NCBI GenBank assembly: GCA_963777505.1
Contig: CAVZQN010000008.1
Coordinates: 416,001-480,000, forward strand
Source of the DNA: an uncultured bacterium
GTDB lineage: Bacteria; Acidobacteriota; HRBIN11; JAKEFK01
Direction: 5' to 3'
DNA length: 64,000 nucleotides
The notes under the pieces were generated by a model. That model searched no databases and was not told where the DNA came from. It saw only the letters and a program-made list of their open reading frames with translations. Both the position numbers and the translations under genes were made by a program. This document shows positions 60,155 to 64,000 of this stretch, in pieces. Within the stretch, counting starts at the first letter, position 1. The number at the start of each line of letters is the position of its first letter.

Positions 60155-60805
60155 ATGAAAAAATTAATGGGATCGTGCATTTTTGTACTTTGTTTAGCTC
60201 TTTCTGCATTCGCAGGATGCAGTGACAATGATTCAAGGGCGGAATCAAAGGATACGCCCGCAATTGGAGCTGATGCCAAGCGTGGTGATATTGAAATTAC
60301 CACAGAAATAAAAGCCAAAGTAACCGACGACGAACTGTTAGATGGCACGGATGTTTCTGTTGATACGAACAACGGTGTTGTGAATCTAACCGGTAGTGTA
60401 CACAATGAACCGCAAGTACAGCGTGCGGTCGAACTTGCGAAAAATACAACCGGCGTTCTTTCAGTAAATAATCAATTAAGAATTGAGGCAGACAAACCGA
60501 TAGGCGAAAGTCTTAAGGAGCAGTCGAAAGAAACCGGCAAAGATATAAAAGAAACAACCGAAAATATCGCTAGCGACACAAAAGAAGCAGTGGGTGATGC
60601 GCGTATTACTTCAGAAGCAAAACTGAAGTTCGCTGCAGATGATACGGTTAAAGCACTCAACATCGATGTGGACACCAATAATGGCGTTGTGACGCTTCGC
60701 GGAACTGTGAATTCCAAAGCGGAATTAAATCAGGCAGTCAGCTTGGCGAAATCGGTCGATGGAGTGAAAAAAGTAATTTCTGAACTAGAGATCGTTAATC
60801 AATAA
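60155..60805 (+). CDS. Dual BON domain lipoprotein (OsmY-like)
   Basis: FAGC lipobox and two VDTNNGVVxLxG repeats. Confidence 0.9.
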   Translation: MKKLMGSCIFVLCLALSAFAGCSDNDSRAESKDTPAIGADAKRGDIEITTEIKAKVTDDELLDGTDVSVDTNNGVVNLTGSVHNEPQVQRAVELAKNTTGVLSVNNQLRIEADKPIGESLKEQSKETGKDIKETTENIASDTKEAVGDARITSEAKLKFAADDTVKALNIDVDTNNGVVTLRGTVNSKAELNQAVSLAKSVDGVKKVISELEIVNQ

Positions 60806-60852
60806 ATAGAAGCGGCGGAGTGCGAGGAGTGCAGCCCTTGCATTGCTGCCAA

Positions 60853-60892
60853 GGGGGATCGTGCGGATATTCCGCACGATTCCTTGTTTTTT
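60853..60892. terminator. Intrinsic terminator between the convergent BON and chdC genes
   Basis: GGATCGTGCGGA-TAT-TCCGCACGATTC followed by a T-rich tract. Confidence 0.7.
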
Positions 60893-61709
60893 ATAGTGCT
60901 GTAGTTCTACCTTCCAGAAATTCACCAAGATTATCAGTTCGGAATTGAAGTCCAATATAAAACGGGCCAAATTCAGCATAAACGGCGCTTGCTTCATCGA
61001 AGCGCATTTCATAAATCAGTTTCTTAAAAGTCAAAGGATCATCCGCAAAAAGATCCACTCCCCATTCCCAATCATCAAATCCAATTGAACCGGAAATGAT
61101 TTGCGTTACGCGTCCGGAATAATGGCGGCCTATAATTCCGTGCTCAATCATCATTTCACTTCTTCGTTGAAAGGCCTCGCTGTACCAGTTTTTTTCTTCT
61201 CCGCGCTTTTTATTCATCGGATAAAAACAAACATATCGGCGCGGTGGAATTTCTGGAAATAGACGGGCATTCATTCGATTGCGCTGCTGAGACAATTCTT
61301 CTTCAAATGCTTGATCGAATTCTGAACTTCCTGGTTTTAAGGATCGTTCCCCAAGCTGTTGGTGTATTTTTGCAGTCATCTCGTACAATCCAAGTTCCAC
61401 TATCGAGACGTAGGAAGTTGTCATCGTGAGAAATTGATTGAGTTTCGTGCGTGCAAAATTCAACTGGCATTGACCAAGTTCATCGAATGTTTTCCGAAAA
61501 TAGATAACCATGAGATCTGCTTTATGTCCCAAAACTTGAACAAGAGCTGTGCGACCTTCAGACGAATCTTGCAATACTCGTTTCGTTTCGTCGGCTATTT
61601 CAGAACGCATTTGGGGCGAGAGCTGCTGTAGATTTTGCCAATCAATGCGATACATATGATGCAATACACTCCAGCCTTCAAGTGTTTCAGGGACAAATGG
61701 ATTATGCAT
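60891..61709 (-). CDS. chdC: Coproheme decarboxylase (chlorite dismutase family)
   Basis: PETLEGW..LH, GHKADL, CFYPMNKKR...NWY, proximal EHG, distal Gln (TQII) rather than Arg, and GFDDWEWGVDL. Confidence 0.85.
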   Translation of the reverse strand: MHNPFVPETLEGWSVLHHMYRIDWQNLQQLSPQMRSEIADETKRVLQDSSEGRTALVQVLGHKADLMVIYFRKTFDELGQCQLNFARTKLNQFLTMTTSYVSIVELGLYEMTAKIHQQLGERSLKPGSSEFDQAFEEELSQQRNRMNARLFPEIPPRRYVCFYPMNKKRGEEKNWYSEAFQRRSEMMIEHGIIGRHYSGRVTQIISGSIGFDDWEWGVDLFADDPLTFKKLIYEMRFDEASAVYAEFGPFYIGLQFRTDNLGEFLEGRTTAL

Positions 61710-61749
61710 GTTCTCATTATAACCTTGGACCAGGACCTTGGCGGTTGAG

Positions 61750-64000
61750 CTAATTACGCTTTTTTACTAATTCATCCAATTCAGAAATAAATTCCGAAAT
61801 TGAAGCAAACCGTTTCGTACGTTCAGGCTCAAGAGCTTTGAAAATCAATTCATCAAGCATTTCTGGCTTTTCATAAATCGGCAAAAGCTCCACCAGCTGT
61901 TTTGGTTTTTGTGAGATATGTTTGACAAGATAACCCTGAGGGGTGGGAGAACTGAATGGGTTTTTTCCAGTAAGCATGTAATAAAAAGTGATACCGAGCG
62001 AATATATGTCGGATCTGGCATCGAGAACTTCATGCTCTTTTAGAAACCCGCATTGTTCCGGGCTTGCATACTGAGGCTTTCCAAGGAATAAATTTGCGCG
62101 TGTATGTGTACCTTCTCGCGCTGATTTCGCGATTCCGAAATCAATTACTTTGATAACTTCTTGTCCCGCTGGATCATGAACAATCATCAAATTATCGGGT
62201 GAAATATCGCGATGTATGATTCCTTTTTCATGAGCAATATTTAAACCTGTTGCCGCATCTCGAACAATTCTGATTGCCTCGCTAACACCAATTCTGCCCA
62301 TGCGCTGAACTCGTTGTTTGGCGCTTTCTCCTTCGATCCACTCAAGCACCATAAATAATTGGTTTCCATCAAGAGAACCGAATTCGAACAATTGCACAAG
62401 ATGTGGATTATGAAGATCAGCCAAAATCCGGGCTTCCTGTATGAAGCGTTCACTGAAAAAAGCATCAGCAAGTTCTGTTTGAATGATTTTAATAGCGCGT
62501 TGTTTATTCAGATAGATATGCTGGGCGCGATATACCATGCTCATTCCGCCCTTTCCAACCATTTCAAGAATGTCGTATTCACGCAGACGTTTTCCAACGA
62601 GCGATTCTTCTTTGGGTGCTTCAGAAGTTTCCTCACCCGGTGAAGGTGAAGTCGGTTGAGTCGGTATATGGGTTTCAGTTGATTCTGGAACAGGAGTCGT
62701 TTCAGGATTTTTTATTTTTTGCAGTTTTTCGAAAACATCCTTGTAGTTCATTTGAACTAGCATGATCCTTTCATATAATTCCTGGGCTTTTTCTTTATTG
62801 CCCAATTTCTCATACACTCCGGCTAAGCGGTAATGAAGATCGACATTCCCCTTCGTTAATGCTTCGCTACCGATTACTTGATTAAACTTCTGCAAAGCCA
62901 GAGATTCCATTCCTTGTTTCGCAAAATATTCACCAAGCATCAAACAGGCTTCACGATATTCCGGTTCCTCATCAGTAATCTGTTGAAGAATCAGTGCAGC
63001 TTCTTCCAATTTACCCTGTCTACCCATGGTGAGGGCTGCGCGATTTTTTTCACCGCTCTTCAGGTAGCATTCTGTTGCTTGATCCAGCATCCCTGCGCTT
63101 TCATAGTACGCGGCCGCTTCAGCATGAAACCCCGCTTTCTCATACAAGGTCGCAGCTCTTGCAGGCTCACTGATTGTTGAATAAATGTCTGCTGCCTTCA
63201 TGAAATTACCGGTTTCTTCATATAACAGTGCAGCTTTATACATATTGGTAGAAAGCTCATAAGCTTCAGCGGCGCGATCGGGCCGATTCGAGGCAACGAA
63301 TAAATCACCTGCCTCAGAGTATCGTTTCGTATGAAAGCAAATATCTGCAAGCATAGCCGGATCTACATCAGGTGCACCGGGCGAAGTCAGCAATTCATAT
63401 GCTTTGTCGTAATATTGCGCGCGATAGTATAACTCCCCAGCTTTGGCACTATTGTTGGTTAACATGAAACACTCCGCAGCTTTTGCGAAGCTTTCTCCTT
63501 GTTCGAAACACCACGCCGCTTTTGAATAATCCTTCAGTCGGTAATAAACGTTTCCGGCAGCAACTCCATATTTCTTCATGTTAACGCGCTGATCTTCTTG
63601 TGATTCATTCGGCGATCGTTCATTGATGGCTCGCATCAACAGCTTGAAATAAATTTCAGCTGCCTTATCAAACTTTTTCGTGCGTACAAGATACGATGCA
63701 GCTTTGTCGGGATAGCCCGATTTCAGTGCAAGATCAGCTGCGCGTTCAATGTCCCCTGATTTTTCGGCCATCTGAACAGCCTTTGGAATGTTTTCCGCTC
63801 TTTCAAAAAGAAGGCTCGCATTTTTATAATCTTCTGCCTTAACGTACATCTCGGCAGCTTTGGCTAAATTTCCTAACTGCGAGAGAGCTTCAGCACATTT
63901 AGCGTAATTGGAGGCATCTTCAAAACACTTCGCGGATTTATCGTATTGCTTTAACCGGAAATACAGACTTCCCGCATTGTTTCCATACTTTTTTATTGCG
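61750..64000 (-). CDS. TPR/SNAP-like repeat protein with a C-terminal Ser/Thr kinase (5' end off the window)
   Basis: Many AAxxYExAG repeats, a Pro-rich linker, GKGGMSMVY, HRDISPDN, DFGIAK and YASPEQ. Confidence 0.9.
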   Translation of the reverse strand, partial: AIKKYGNNAGSLYFRLKQYDKSAKCFEDASNYAKCAEALSQLGNLAKAAEMYVKAEDYKNASLLFERAENIPKAVQMAEKSGDIERAADLALKSGYPDKAASYLVRTKKFDKAAEIYFKLLMRAINERSPNESQEDQRVNMKKYGVAAGNVYYRLKDYSKAAWCFEQGESFAKAAECFMLTNNSAKAGELYYRAQYYDKAYELLTSPGAPDVDPAMLADICFHTKRYSEAGDLFVASNRPDRAAEAYELSTNMYKAALLYEETGNFMKAADIYSTISEPARAATLYEKAGFHAEAAAYYESAGMLDQATECYLKSGEKNRAALTMGRQGKLEEAALILQQITDEEPEYREACLMLGEYFAKQGMESLALQKFNQVIGSEALTKGNVDLHYRLAGVYEKLGNKEKAQELYERIMLVQMNYKDVFEKLQKIKNPETTPVPESTETHIPTQPTSPSPGEETSEAPKEESLVGKRLREYDILEMVGKGGMSMVYRAQHIYLNKQRAIKIIQTELADAFFSERFIQEARILADLHNPHLVQLFEFGSLDGNQLFMVLEWIEGESAKQRVQRMGRIGVSEAIRIVRDAATGLNIAHEKGIIHRDISPDNLMIVHDPAGQEVIKVIDFGIAKSAREGTHTRANLFLGKPQYASPEQCGFLKEHEVLDARSDIYSLGITFYYMLTGKNPFSSPTPQGYLVKHISQKPKQLVELLPIYEKPEMLDELIFKALEPERTKRFASISEFISELDELVKKRN

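Overview
This 64-kb window is a mostly housekeeping and stress-related chromosomal segment. Two ADOP-type orphan permeases, eukaryote-like Ser/Thr kinases and a chdC/hemQ gene point to an Acidobacteriota-like diderm, though this is an inference. At least 10 genes are split by single-base indels or substitutions, which looks like long-read or metagenome consensus error, so I rebuilt them by eye. The best candidate for an undescribed system is a sigma-54-driven operon at 13.6-17.7 kb. It encodes an aspartate ammonia-lyase with a Sec signal peptide, a periplasmic type II asparaginase and an OprO/P-type porin, which suggests an all-periplasmic Asn->Asp->fumarate + 2 NH4+ pathway. A high-GC, all-minus-strand island (about 20-31.5 kb) carries a FIST/NosP-PAS-hybrid kinase and an orphan VOC-BKACE-CMD-BASS-Rieske-SulP operon. 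Other content includes a fur/perR-katG pair, a secreted VHL-beta-domain/FG-GAP/ASPIC protein, a DUF6788/J-domain fusion with a perfect upstream palindrome, two tRNA-Ser genes and a general-stress cluster (ligD, CBS-CsbD, BON, chdC). A modular family of heptamer-periodic intergenic repeats shares a GAGCTC core. I saw no CRISPR array, rRNA, integrase or transposase. All family assignments come from motif recognition, not database searches.
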